NCBI GenBank assembly: GCA_043228905.1
Contig: JBHGNT010000003.1
Location: 10,478,001 to 10,542,000 of the forward strand
From: Azolla caroliniana
Taxonomy: Eukaryota; Plantae; Polypodiophyta
Reading direction: 5' to 3'
DNA: 64,000 nucleotides
Part shown: piece after piece, positions 12,330 to 23,170 of the stretch
How the letters are laid out: each line of letters begins with the position of its first letter
Position numbering within the stretch: the first letter of the stretch is position 1
The notes under the pieces: generated by a model
Seen by the model: only the letters and a program-made list of their open reading frames with translations
The model's database searches: none
What the model was told of the DNA's origin: nothing
Position numbers and translations under genes: made by a program

Positions 12330-15300
12330 TGTTGAGAGACAAGCTCAACATTTGTGCGTAATACGATGCGTAACCAGTGCGTAGATTGGGTGCATAAAAC
12401 CGGTACGCAGACCGGTGCGTAGAAAGGCCGTATCGGTGCGTAGACCGAAAGGCCGTTAGAAAGATATTCCTCATAAGGAATAGTTTTGGGAGTAAGTGTC
12501 GAGGCTCATTTATGAGCAGTCAAGTACTGTCAGTACTTGTGTCAGCCCACTGTCAGGGCTTGTATAAAAGTGCTAACTGAGCACATCCTATGTACAGATT
12601 GAGTATTATTTTTCGAATTTAAGTTCTTGTGTTACTCTCTCTCTGTCTTCCCCCGTGCATACTGTGAAGACCTAAGCTTTCCATTAAACCTGCGTTTTTT
12701 GTTGTTCGGTTTTCCTATATTGCTTCCGCACGCCATTCTTTTCATGGTATCAGAGTGCGAGGGTTGAGAACCTCTGCAGCTAACTTTGCTTGAAGGAAAA
12801 ACCAACGAAGAAGAACAAGGAAAACGATGGACAGAGGAATGGCTAGCTCGCTTCCAACGGAGAAGCTCGACAGAACCAACTACGCATCTTGGTCCTACAA
12901 GATGCACCAGTACCTGCTCAGACATGGTTACTAGAGCTATGTCGATGGAGCAAATGACACAACACCCGATTCGACACACAAAGACTTCCCGATGTGGGAA
13001 CAATCGGCGAGCAGAGTGCTATACTGCTTCGCGTCTTGTGTGGGTGAACAACTGCCAAGCTACGTTCGGGACGCAAAAACGCCGAAGGGTGCATGGGAAA
13101 ATCTAAAGAAGGTTTTCGCCGCGAGCACCACAGCCAGGAAGCTTCAGCTTCGACAGGAGTTGAGCAACCTATGACAATGCGATTTGTTGGTGGCTAACTA
13201 TACCTCGAGGATTAAGGACATATGCGACTCCTTAGCTTCCATCGATGTGAACATCGAGGAAAGCGAGATGGTCCAGGTTTGTCTCGGGGGTTTGGCGTCA
13301 AAGTTCGGGGCGTTCCGAATTGCAGTGTGTAGCCGGGAGAATATGCCGTCCTTTTTCGACTTACAGTCGATGCTCCTGGTAGAGGAGAACCACGCGGGTG
13401 CGTCGACGAGCACGCACACCGACAACAAGATGTTGTACACGGAGGGAGAAAGGCCCCGTGGTCGTGGCGGACGAGGCGAGTCGGTACGCAATGGAGGCGG
13501 CCGACAGGATCAAGGAAGAACGCATCAAAGTGATGCCGACATCAATTCCGGACCCTCCGGAAACAGGGGGAGTCGAGGTGACGAGAACCAGAAAGGGAAA
13601 TCCGCCACGGAATGCTGGTACTGTGGCAAGAAAGGCCACAGGGAGAGCGAGTGCTAGAAGAAGCGTGCCGAGTCGGAGAGGTCTGGTTCCGGACATATCG
13701 ACAAAGGAAATCGGCAGCGATCGCACTACACCGAAGGATCTGGAAAAGCCGGAAAAGGGTCAGTCTTCGTGACGATACACGAAGCAAACTCAATGAAACA
13801 ATCCGCCCCAAAATCAGACGAGGTGTGGTATGTCGACTCCGGCTCATCAAACCACATGACATGCCACAAGGAGTGGTTCTCATACCTTGAGAAACTGACG
13901 CAACCAGGAGTAGTCGCAACTAGAGATGACACTCCGCATCCGATCGTGAATGTCGGTGAAGTTCCCTTGAGCTATGTCGGGCAGAAAGGGAAACTTATGA
14001 ACGTGTTACACGTCCCGACCATCACGAAGAATTTGGTGTCGGTCGGGCAAATCGTCGACCAGGGGATGCAGGTTCGGTTTACGCATCTTGGGTGCTTCAC
14101 TGAGGAAGAAGGCCGTATTATTGCACAAGGGTGCAGAGATGGGAGGATGTTTATCCTCAACTCTACTGACGGTGGCACCGCAATGTTCGCGAAGGGACAA
14201 AAAGTCGAGTCGGACATCGACTTATGGCACAAACGGATAGGCCACGTCAACTACCAGCGGCGTCAAGACCTGCAATCGAAACAAGTGGTGTTTGGATTGC
14301 CCAAATTTAGTGGCTGGAAGGCACAAATTTGTGAAGCCTGCCAGCTTGGGAAGCAACACCGACTTCCTTTCCCAAACGAGCGTAATCGGAGCCAGAATAA
14401 GCTAGACTTGATACACTCTGATGTGTGGGGGCCGGCACAAAACGTTAGTCTTGGCGGGAGCCGATATTTTGTCTCCTTCATCGACGACTACACACGGCAC
14501 ACGTGGATCTACCTCATTGAGAGGAGAAGCGAAGTCTTCAACTGTTTCCGGGACCTCAAAGGGTTTGTGGAAACGGAAACAGGAAGAAAGATCAAGTGCC
14601 TGCGGTCGGATGGCGGAAAAGAATACTTTTCTGGTCAATTCAACGGTTATCTACAATAGATGAGAATTCGGCGCGAATTCAGTTGTAGATACACGCCGGA
14701 GCAAAACGGCGTGGCCAAGAGAAAAAATCGGTCGGTTGTGGAAGCTGCACGCACAATGCTGGAGGAGAAGAGCCTGCCCAAGTTCTATTGGGCCGAGGCG
14801 GTAAGAACCGTTGTATACATCCAGAACCGGATCGGAGAAAAAGTGTCGGCGCACGAACTATACTTTGGAACAAAGCCGAACTTGCGACACTTACGAGTTT
14901 TCGGTAGCATTGTGTATGTGCATGTGCCGAAGGAGAAAAGGAGGAAGTTGGACGCAAAAGCCGAGAAGTGTATCTTGGTCAGCTATGCGGTACGTAAGCG
15001 GCACTAAGGACCGCGGACTGCTATATCGGACCGATACAACTCCGTAGTTGGTCGGCTACACTGATGCCGACTGGGCCGGCAATGTCGTCGATCGTTGATC
15101 CACGTCCGGACATGCGTTCTCTCTTGGGAGTGCCGCGATAGCGTGGAGTAGCAAGAAGCAGCCGACAGTTGCACTATCGAGCACCGAAGCCGAGTATAGA
15201 GGAGCGGCTGTCGCAACATGCGAAGCCATTTGGTTGAAGCGGCTACTTAAGGATCTGCAAGAGGATGTGTCTGATCCAACGACGATCTACTGCGACAACC

Positions 15301-16443
15301 TTAGCAACATCCAACGCGCAAAGAACCCCATCTTCCACGCACGGACCAAGCACATTGAGGTGCACTACCATTTTGTCCGTGAGCGTGTCCTTTCTAGTGA
15401 AGTCGAACTTCAATATGTTCCGACAGATCGGCAGACCGCCGACATCCTCACCAAGCCTCTTGGTCTGGACAAGTTGCGGCAATTTTCGAGTGCGCTTGGG
15501 TTGCGTCACTTCGATGTGCCGAACTTGAGGGGGAGAAACGTCCTAGATGACCACGAAAGGGAGCAGGAAAGGAGCGGAAAAGACCTCGAATCGACTGAAG
15601 AAGCCGAGAGCGGATCTGCGGAAGAGTCTGAAAGCGGACACAAGGGGAGTAGCCGAAAGAAAGAGCCAAAGCCAACTAGGCATGGGGGAGATGACGCCGT
15701 CAAGGGCGAGAAGACCGGAGACGAGTTGGAGACAGCCAACTCGGATGAGAGCGAAAACCGATCGGAGGTAGCCGAGTCGGTTCAGATGTTTGATTCAGAT
15801 ACACTGAATCAACTGAGGGCCAAGTGGAAAAGAAGGCAGCAGGAGAAGCGCCAACACCGCGACAGCAAGGGACCTGTGAAGGGCCGTGGGAGCAGACAAG
15901 CTGACCAGAAGGGTCGAAGCGCGCGGAGTCGAACAGGCCGAGGAGCGCGAGCGAGGCGTGGAGCTAGGAGAAGCCGGAGCGTAGGTCCGGCAGAGCAGGT
16001 AGAACCTCAAGTTGAGCTTGAGGGGGAGTGTTGAGAGACAAGCTCAACATTTCTGCGTAATACGATGCGTAACTAGTGCATAGACTGGGTGCATAAAACC
16101 GGTACGCAGACCGGTGTGTAGAAAGGCCGTATCGGTGCGTAGACCGAAAGGCCGTTAGAAAGATATTCCTTGTAAGGAATAGTTTTGGGAGTAAGTGTCG
16201 AGGCTCATTTATGAGCAGTCAAGTACTGTCAGTACTTGTGTCAGCCCACTGTCAGGGCTTGTATAAAAGTGCTCACTGAGCACATCCTATGTACAGATTG
16301 AGTATTATTTTTCGAATTTAAGTTCTTGTGTTACTCTCTCTCTGTCTTCCCCCGTGCGTACTGTGAAGACCTAAGCTTTCCATTAAACCTGCGTTTTCTG
16401 TTGTTCGGTTTTCCTATATTGCTTCCGCACGCCATTCTTTTCA
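12330..16443 (+). mobile_element. D1: Ty1/copia element with internal deletion of RT, inserted in B1 gag
   Basis: 415-bp LTRs 12330-12744 and 16029-16443 (~10 mismatches); TSD GGATC; PBS TGGTATCAGAG; PPT TTGAGGGGGAG. Motifs CWYCGKKGH, YVDSGSSNHMT, HSDVWGP, RSDGGKEY, HARTKHIEVHYHFVRE. Confidence 0.95.
15234..16034 (+). CDS. Copia RNase H C-terminus with an in-frame ~165-aa acidic then Arg-rich extension ending inside the LTR
   Basis: Open frame from YCDN...TADILTKPL through PNLRGR to VELEGEC*. Homologous tails at ~54730-55271 and ~57185-57590. Confidence 0.7.
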   Translation: MKRLLKDLQEDVSDPTTIYCDNLSNIQRAKNPIFHARTKHIEVHYHFVRERVLSSEVELQYVPTDRQTADILTKPLGLDKLRQFSSALGLRHFDVPNLRGRNVLDDHEREQERSGKDLESTEEAESGSAEESESGHKGSSRKKEPKPTRHGGDDAVKGEKTGDELETANSDESENRSEVAESVQMFDSDTLNQLRAKWKRRQQEKRQHRDSKGPVKGRGSRQADQKGRSARSRTGRGARARRGARRSRSVGPAEQVEPQVELEGEC

Positions 16444-19400
16444 GGATCAATAGGGGCGGGCTCTGTAGCAGCAAGGAAACTCGAGCCAACCCTGCCAGCG
16501 CGAAGGGAAGAGACCCGAGACTGGCTCTAGACCGGATCGACTTCGACCAGCATGGTCAAAGGCTCGTTCGGAGGAGCAGCTCTAGAGGAGTTGACTAGGA
16601 TGGTAAAGGACCTCTAGACTGCACATGCACAGAGGGACAACGGTGAACAGGCCCGTGTTCGAAGGCCTCTAGCTGGAAACTGGTGTTTGTGGTGCGACGC
16701 GGTCGGGCACGTCCGGAAGGACTACGGGGACTTCGCCGAGGCAATGAGAGCCAACGTGGTGTACCTATGGAACGGTTGGGTGCACGCTAGTGAGACCCGA
16801 AGGGCCTTGGACCTGAATGTCGGACGAGGGGGTATGAAACGGCTGATGGAAGAAGTGGCGGCTCGCCACGCAGAGACCGTCCACTACTCGGCGTCGGCTG
16901 GGATCCAGGCCGGAGGTGGTGAGGCCCGGAAGACGAACGAAGCCGGATTCTGGCCGCGGATGCTGGAAGGCCTCGTCAACGCACGGCTAAGGAAAGAAGA
17001 AGCGGACTGCGCGGAAAAACGGGTCTGGGAGGTAATCGGGTGGAGTGACCCCGTCGAAGAGAAGACAGGCTTCGTTGAAGCCGCATGCCAGAACTACGAG
17101 GCTTTGGTGGAAGACAAGCGAGTAGGTAAAACCGGAGGGGCCGGGCCCTCGCAACGGTACGAGACCCGATTCGGTCAAAGGCAGAATGAGGCCAGTGCGA
17201 CTGGCGCACCGGATAAAGCCAAGAAGGCCGGGTACCGGTTGAGCACGGAAATCGAAAGGACCACGGACCTGCGAAAGGTCCTAGAGGAACGTATCCTCGA
17301 CAACAAAGTGGACCTGTCGCTGAGGGAAGTGCTTAGGATCGCCAAGAAGGAGTTCCACGACTCCATCGTAGACTTGGTGAAGAGGAAGAGGTTGTTGATA
17401 GAGCCAGAGCCGGAGAAGCCGGTGGAAGTGCGAGCGATTCACATAGAGGACATGGCGCTAGAAGATGAGTTGGCGGAGAGCCACTATTCGAGGCCGCACT
17501 GGGCTAGAGCGACCACGGAGACCCCTGTTAAGGTCGGGAATGTCTAGGAGCCGGTGGTGGCGTTGGTGGACCACGGTTCAGAAATCAACTTGATGTCCTT
17601 GGACTTCTACAAAAAGGGGAAATGGCCAATCAACACCAAACACGGCTAGAAAATACGGGCAGCGATGCGCACCACGGAAGAACTACATGGAGCCTGCCCG
17701 AACGTACGAGTGACAATCGGCGATGTCGAGATCGACCAACACTTCTTCGTGCAGGAGAGGTCCTCACATCCGGTTATACTAGGAGAATCATACATCACGG
17801 CGGCACGGATGGAGACCAAGGTGTTGGACAACGGTTCGGCCTATGCAAGAGTCAAGAGCTAGGACGGGCGTCACTCGGTCCAGTTCCTGACGGTGCAACC
17901 AAACCATGAGCGTAATCGCGAAACCCGAGGGGATTTTTAGAGAGGGCTATCAAGGTGTGGGGCCGCGATAGTCCGGACACCCCGGAAAAACCCCACAAAT
18001 GTACAGTAGGGAAGAAGACCTGTACTATAGGTAGGAAATTTTGGTTCTTCGATAGCGGGGGTTGTACGATTGCCGGCGTTGTTGGCCGGGAGAAGAAGAG
18101 GACGGAGAAGCGACTTCGGGCATGCGGAGTCCTCGGCCCTGGAGAGGAAATCAATGGAGCCGTGGAGGTGGTCTCTTTCGATGACACCTTGGGACAGTTA
18201 TGAGAGGTGGTCGGAGGAGGCCTTAAAAGGACTGGACGATTCCGGTATGTTCGGAAGGGATGTACGAAGTCATCGCCGACTTCTGTAACGGGCTCGAGTC
18301 GAATCGGACGGCCCGGGTGAACACAAAGTACAAGACTGTGGACCGGAAGGTGAGGCCAGTAGCGGCACCCTTGCCGGAGGGCAACGAGTTATGAGTAAAG
18401 GGGGTGCGTCGGACCCGAGTTTGCGAGATCCGGCCAGTATAGGACACACGTTCACCGATATAAAGCTACGAGAGCTCAAGATCGGTGGGGGTGACTTTCT
18501 ACTGCCGGCGGAAGAGGACCGGTTTCGGAGAATGCTCAGGAGGCACGAGAAGGCTTTTGCATTCTCATCGGAGGAGATCGGGTGCGTAGACCCGACAGTT
18601 GTGGAACCGATGGTGATCTTCATGGTACCGCATGTGCTATGGAACCTCAGACCGATTCTGGTACCGAGAGCTCACATCCCGAAGCTGATGGAGCTGTTGA
18701 AATAGAAGGTCGAGATGGGCATCCTCGAACCGTCGAGTGCCCCATACTTGAATCGGTGGTTTACTGTGCCAAAGAAGAACGACACATCACGTTTTATTCA
18801 AGACATGCAACCGGTTAACAAGGTGACCATTCGGAACGCAGGAATCAGACTGACCATAGACGAGTTCGCGGAGGCCTTCGCCGGAAGGTCGATTTACTCT
18901 GTCGGTGATCTGTACTCGGGGTACGACCAGTTCCAGCTAGCTGTGGAGAGCAGGGATATCACGACGATGCAAACTCCTCTCGGTCTAGTACGGATGTGTA
19001 CCCTACCACAAGGCGGGACGAACTCGGTAGCGCATATGGTGAACGCAATGAACAAGGTGTTGAGGGACTGCATCCCGGACATCACCATGCCATTCTTGGA
19101 CAACATCCCGATAAAGGGGTGTCCGATGGAAGATGCGGACAAGACTGTCGGGCCGGACGGATGCCGGAGGTTCGTCATGAACCACATCAACGACTGCGAG
19201 AAGGTGCTGCAGAGGCTTGAGAGCGCACGACTCACCTTCTCCGGAGAAAAATCAGCGTTCGGGCAGTCAGAGATCTTGGTGGTCGGACACCTGTGCGGGC
19301 CTTACGGTAGGAAACCGTCTCCGGCAAAGGTAGAAGCCATCTCCACGATGAAGGACGATTGCGGGTCGGTTACGGAGGTCCGTAGATTCTTGGGGCGTGC

Positions 19401-20096
19401 GCATTCTACCACATCTGGATTCCGCACTACGCGCATGTTGCGGAGCCGCTCTACGGGCTATTGAAGAAAGGGCGTAGGTTCGAGTGGAGGACGGAGCACA
19501 CGGAGTCGGTCCGGAGACTAAAGGAGGCGCTTACGGTAGCACCAGCTCTTCGTAAAGCGGCTTACGGCAAGGGCGTCCCCATCTACGTGACGGTGGACAC
19601 TAGCCCGACCGAGATCGGGTGGGTGTTATTCGCTTAGCCGGACAAGGCCTAACACAAGGTGTCACGGAGACACTTCACCAAAGGGGTGATTACGGCATAG
19701 GATTAAGATTCAACGATTACACCGACTTACGTAGGTTACACGATTAGATTTCTTTGGTTAATTACACGCGTAAGATATAACAGTGATTACAGAACGGAAA
19801 TCAAGACAGAAGTATAAACATCATAAGCTCTATTAATTATCCGCTGCGATTACAATGGGGTCCGGGCCTTTAAATAGGTTTCCGGCCCGTAGTACAAAAC
19901 GGTGCCTATCGCACCTATTCGGGATCCGTCCGGATCTGGAACGGCATACCGTTTCCAGTCCGTCCGTCCACACTATGCTCATTTACAACCATATTTAATT
20001 AATTCCTTCACTCCGTATTTTGGACTCCTTGCCGGCCGGTAACACATGGCACGCCCGTGGGACAGTACCTTGTACGTCGAACCCTGCTCGGCCCCT

Positions 20097-23096
20097 TCAT
20101 TGTTCACCCAAATTGTCCAAAATACTTTGTTCAAGAATTTCCACTTGTTCTTCCGGTTGTGGTTCTTGCGGCTGTGCTTGCTGCTGCTGCTGTGGTTGCG
20201 GTTGGGACTGAGGCTGCTCCGGCTGCTTTGCTTGCTGCTGCTGCTCCGTTTGTTCCGCTGACTCCGGCTGCTCCGTTTGTCTCTCTGACTCCGGCATCTC
20301 CGTTTGACTGCTTCCGGTCCGGTCTCCTTCCAGTAACGGTTCCTCATCACTGAGGTTGACCGTAACCGGTTCTCGTTCTTTCTCTCCCCGGATCCGAGAC
20401 CTCTCGTAGCTTTCAAACTGGATCTGCGCCTCCAGCCTGTCGTCGTCCAGCTGAGCTACAAGTTGCCGGACTTGCTCTAGTTGGTCCTCTGCCAAGGCTT
20501 GAAAGTCTTCGGCTAGCTCATCTCTTATGCCGGTGAAGTCTTCGGAATTCAGCATATAGCAATCATCTCCCTCCTTCCGCCGGTTCTCTACGTCGGCCCG
20601 GAGCAATTGGAGTTCCGCCGCGTTCGTGGCCCACTTGGTCCACCATTTGACGGACCCGTTGTCAATCAAGCTCTTGGTCTGGTTCAACAAGGCCCGCATT
20701 ATATCCTGGATGCGACTTGCCCCCATTTGCGCTCTGCTTTCCACCACTTGTCGCTCCTCCTTCAACTGCTTGATGAGATTTGCCGTATCCTCCGCCTGCT
20801 CTCTGTAGCGCGTCAGCTGCCCTTGATATGTCGTTTGCAGCCTCTGCAGTACCTCCGCCGCTCTTTCTTTTTCCGCCTGCTGTTGCCTGAGGAGCTCTGT
20901 CCGAACCTTCTCCGCCTCTTCCAACCGTCTTCTGTTTTCCGCTTGTTCCTTGGCGAATGCGGTTGCGGTCCGATCAACTGCTTGCCGGAGCTCATCCGTC
21001 CGTTCCTTGTGCTCCGTTTGCAACCGTTTATACTCCCGGTGCAAGTTCTCAAATTCCTCTGTTTTTTGTTTGAGCTTGCCGTTGATCTGGCGATGGTTCC
21101 GGTCTTCCCGGTCCTTTACCTGCCGGAGTTCCTCTTTCAGGCGCTCTACTTCTGTTTCGGCGTTCCTCCGGAGCCTCTCCTTCTCTTGCAACATTTTCTC
21201 CTTCTCCTCCTTGAGCCGGTCGTACGCTTGGTGGCCTTTCCGTAAGCTCTCCTCGGCCCGGCGTAGATTCTCAGCAGTCTTTTTGAGTTCTGCCTCCGCT
21301 GCCATCTTCAATTCTCTTTCGCGGCTCCTCAGCGCTTCTTGGGCAGCTAGCTCATCCTTTAAGTCCGCAAGCTCTTGGGCTTGTGCCGCATTTCTTTCCG
21401 GAACGGTTTCCGTTGCCGGGGTCTGATTGCTATGTACAGGTTGATTTGACACTTTATTCTGTACATTGCCCGGAGTCACCGGTGCTTGGACTTGTGTTGT
21501 CAAAGCGAATTGAGCCATTTCCCTTGTGACCCTGTCCAAGTCTTGTTCAAGGCTCCGGATTCTGGACCGGGCCGTCTCTAGATCTACGGTTGTGACGAGC
21601 AACCGTTCCTGGTGCGCTCTCTCTTCCGCCTCTATATACTCGACCGCTCCGGCGATTTGCTCGCCTACCCACCGTAGCCACATGCTACTGGTGCCTTGTT
21701 GCTGTACTGGTCGGGTCGGCTCATTCCCTGTGGAATTGTCTGGCCTAAGTGCCTGCATATGCCGTTCTGGTTCTACTCCTTGGCCACCGTGTGTGCTGGC
21801 TGGGCTCGCCGGCTGTTGAGTTCCGGTTCTCGCCGTCTCCGGAGCCATTGGACTGACTTCTTCTACAGAAGTCGACACGACCGGTTCCCTACGCACCGGT
21901 TCCGGTTCCTCCCTTGTGGTTTGCTCAGGTTGAGTTGGGGGCGTTTCTGCCTCTCGCGGGTACGACCGCTCCCCTCCGGTCTCGGCGGTCCTACTTCTTG
22001 ACCGTCGTTGGAGGTGCTCTTCTGGCTCCTCCGTTTCCTCTTCCTGTGTCACGGCATGTTTCTGTGCCGTCAAGGGTTCCGGTTCCTTCTGTCCCGATCT
22101 CCGTATGGTTATCTTGACGGGTCGGACCGGTGACACCTCCTCCGGTTCTGGGACCCGTTTCTTCCCTTTCGTCGCCTTCGACGCCAGCAGCTGCTGTCGT
22201 TTGGACGCCGGCTTCGAGGTGCTTCCTTCCGATACTCTTGGCCGCTTCTTTGGCTGAACGGTCTCGACCGGCGGCACGAGCAATGTTATCCACTGAGCGA
22301 CGGCATGCCACAGCTTCCGGCCCTCCTTGCCGTCCTTTCCTCGTACCATGTCGATTGCCACGCACAAACCGTCTGCAATCAACACCGGCCAATCCACCTT
22401 GGTCCCTTCATAGGTGGCTATGATCATCCCTGCCCGATTTTTTGGCATGACAGGGGGTCGGGGGTACACGTGGCCGTACTCATGGAGCACTCGAGCTATC
22501 TCCCTGAACAGCGGATCTTCGCCGCCCTGCGTTCGATAGCCTTTGCCGGCAACAGAGTACTCACCGAAATATCGGGTGAGTTGCTCCGAGGTTGGATTAT
22601 CAATCTGAAAAATACCTCCCTCCGGAAGGCCTGTTAGCGCACGGATCGCTTCCTCGGTGATGACTTCCTTGTCGAGCTCCTTGATGACCTGGTCGGCTTC
22701 TCTGTGCGGTGGTGCTTCCATGATGGCCAAGAACCCCTCCAGTCCGTGTTGCCTGAACCATTTCCTGGCCGCTTCCGACAGCGTTTGTGGTTCCATGTCT
22801 GCTTCGAGGTCGAGGGAAGATGGCGAGGTAGAGTGGTGATGAGAGTGAGGACGAGAGAGAGAGCGTTCTGAACGTGGGGGTTCTCTGCGTGCAGGTTCGC
22901 GTTTGCTCAGCTTCCACTGTCTTGGTGCTTCTGTGCTTCTTGGCTCGCGAAATGAAAAGGTCTCCATGCGTTCTGCTTCTTCTTTGTGCGTTTTGGCGCC
23001 TTTTTCGAGCATGCACACGTCGTGTACCAATTTAGTATTAAGTAGCGTGGCGTCTCTTAAATGCCCACTACGTACCTTTTCGCTCCTTGCTTTCAC
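20097..23096 (-). CDS. Extra retroelement ORF of up to 999 codons: PMD-like N-terminal domain, disordered linker, long coiled coil, Q/P-rich tail
   Basis: Uninterrupted frame, same sense as pol. First in-frame ATG is at 23012; conserved homology starts near MEPQTLSEAARKW. Diverged homolog at ~43680-44250. The domain call is motif-level inference. Confidence 0.85.
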   Translation of the reverse strand: MKARSEKVRSGHLRDATLLNTKLVHDVCMLEKGAKTHKEEAERMETFSFREPRSTEAPRQWKLSKREPARREPPRSERSLSRPHSHHHSTSPSSLDLEADMEPQTLSEAARKWFRQHGLEGFLAIMEAPPHREADQVIKELDKEVITEEAIRALTGLPEGGIFQIDNPTSEQLTRYFGEYSVAGKGYRTQGGEDPLFREIARVLHEYGHVYPRPPVMPKNRAGMIIATYEGTKVDWPVLIADGLCVAIDMVRGKDGKEGRKLWHAVAQWITLLVPPVETVQPKKRPRVSEGSTSKPASKRQQLLASKATKGKKRVPEPEEVSPVRPVKITIRRSGQKEPEPLTAQKHAVTQEEETEEPEEHLQRRSRSRTAETGGERSYPREAETPPTQPEQTTREEPEPVRREPVVSTSVEEVSPMAPETARTGTQQPASPASTHGGQGVEPERHMQALRPDNSTGNEPTRPVQQQGTSSMWLRWVGEQIAGAVEYIEAEERAHQERLLVTTVDLETARSRIRSLEQDLDRVTREMAQFALTTQVQAPVTPGNVQNKVSNQPVHSNQTPATETVPERNAAQAQELADLKDELAAQEALRSRERELKMAAEAELKKTAENLRRAEESLRKGHQAYDRLKEEKEKMLQEKERLRRNAETEVERLKEELRQVKDREDRNHRQINGKLKQKTEEFENLHREYKRLQTEHKERTDELRQAVDRTATAFAKEQAENRRRLEEAEKVRTELLRQQQAEKERAAEVLQRLQTTYQGQLTRYREQAEDTANLIKQLKEERQVVESRAQMGASRIQDIMRALLNQTKSLIDNGSVKWWTKWATNAAELQLLRADVENRRKEGDDCYMLNSEDFTGIRDELAEDFQALAEDQLEQVRQLVAQLDDDRLEAQIQFESYERSRIRGEKEREPVTVNLSDEEPLLEGDRTGSSQTEMPESERQTEQPESAEQTEQQQQAKQPEQPQSQPQPQQQQQAQPQEPQPEEQVEILEQSILDNLGEQ

Positions 23097-23170
23097 ACCT
23101 GTTCATACCTCGATTTTTAATGATTTTTTTTTTTTTTTTTTTTTTCAATTTTTAATGACGGTGTGTGACC

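Noticed and set aside
20607-21426. Plus-strand ORFs of 212 and 158 aa
   Set aside because: Antisense shadows of the coiled-coil ORF, with no independent motifs.
20097-23096. Reading the extra ORF as a retroviral envelope or a captured SMC/myosin gene
   Set aside because: No signal peptide or transmembrane helix and no ATPase or motor motifs seen; the coiled-coil similarity is compositional.
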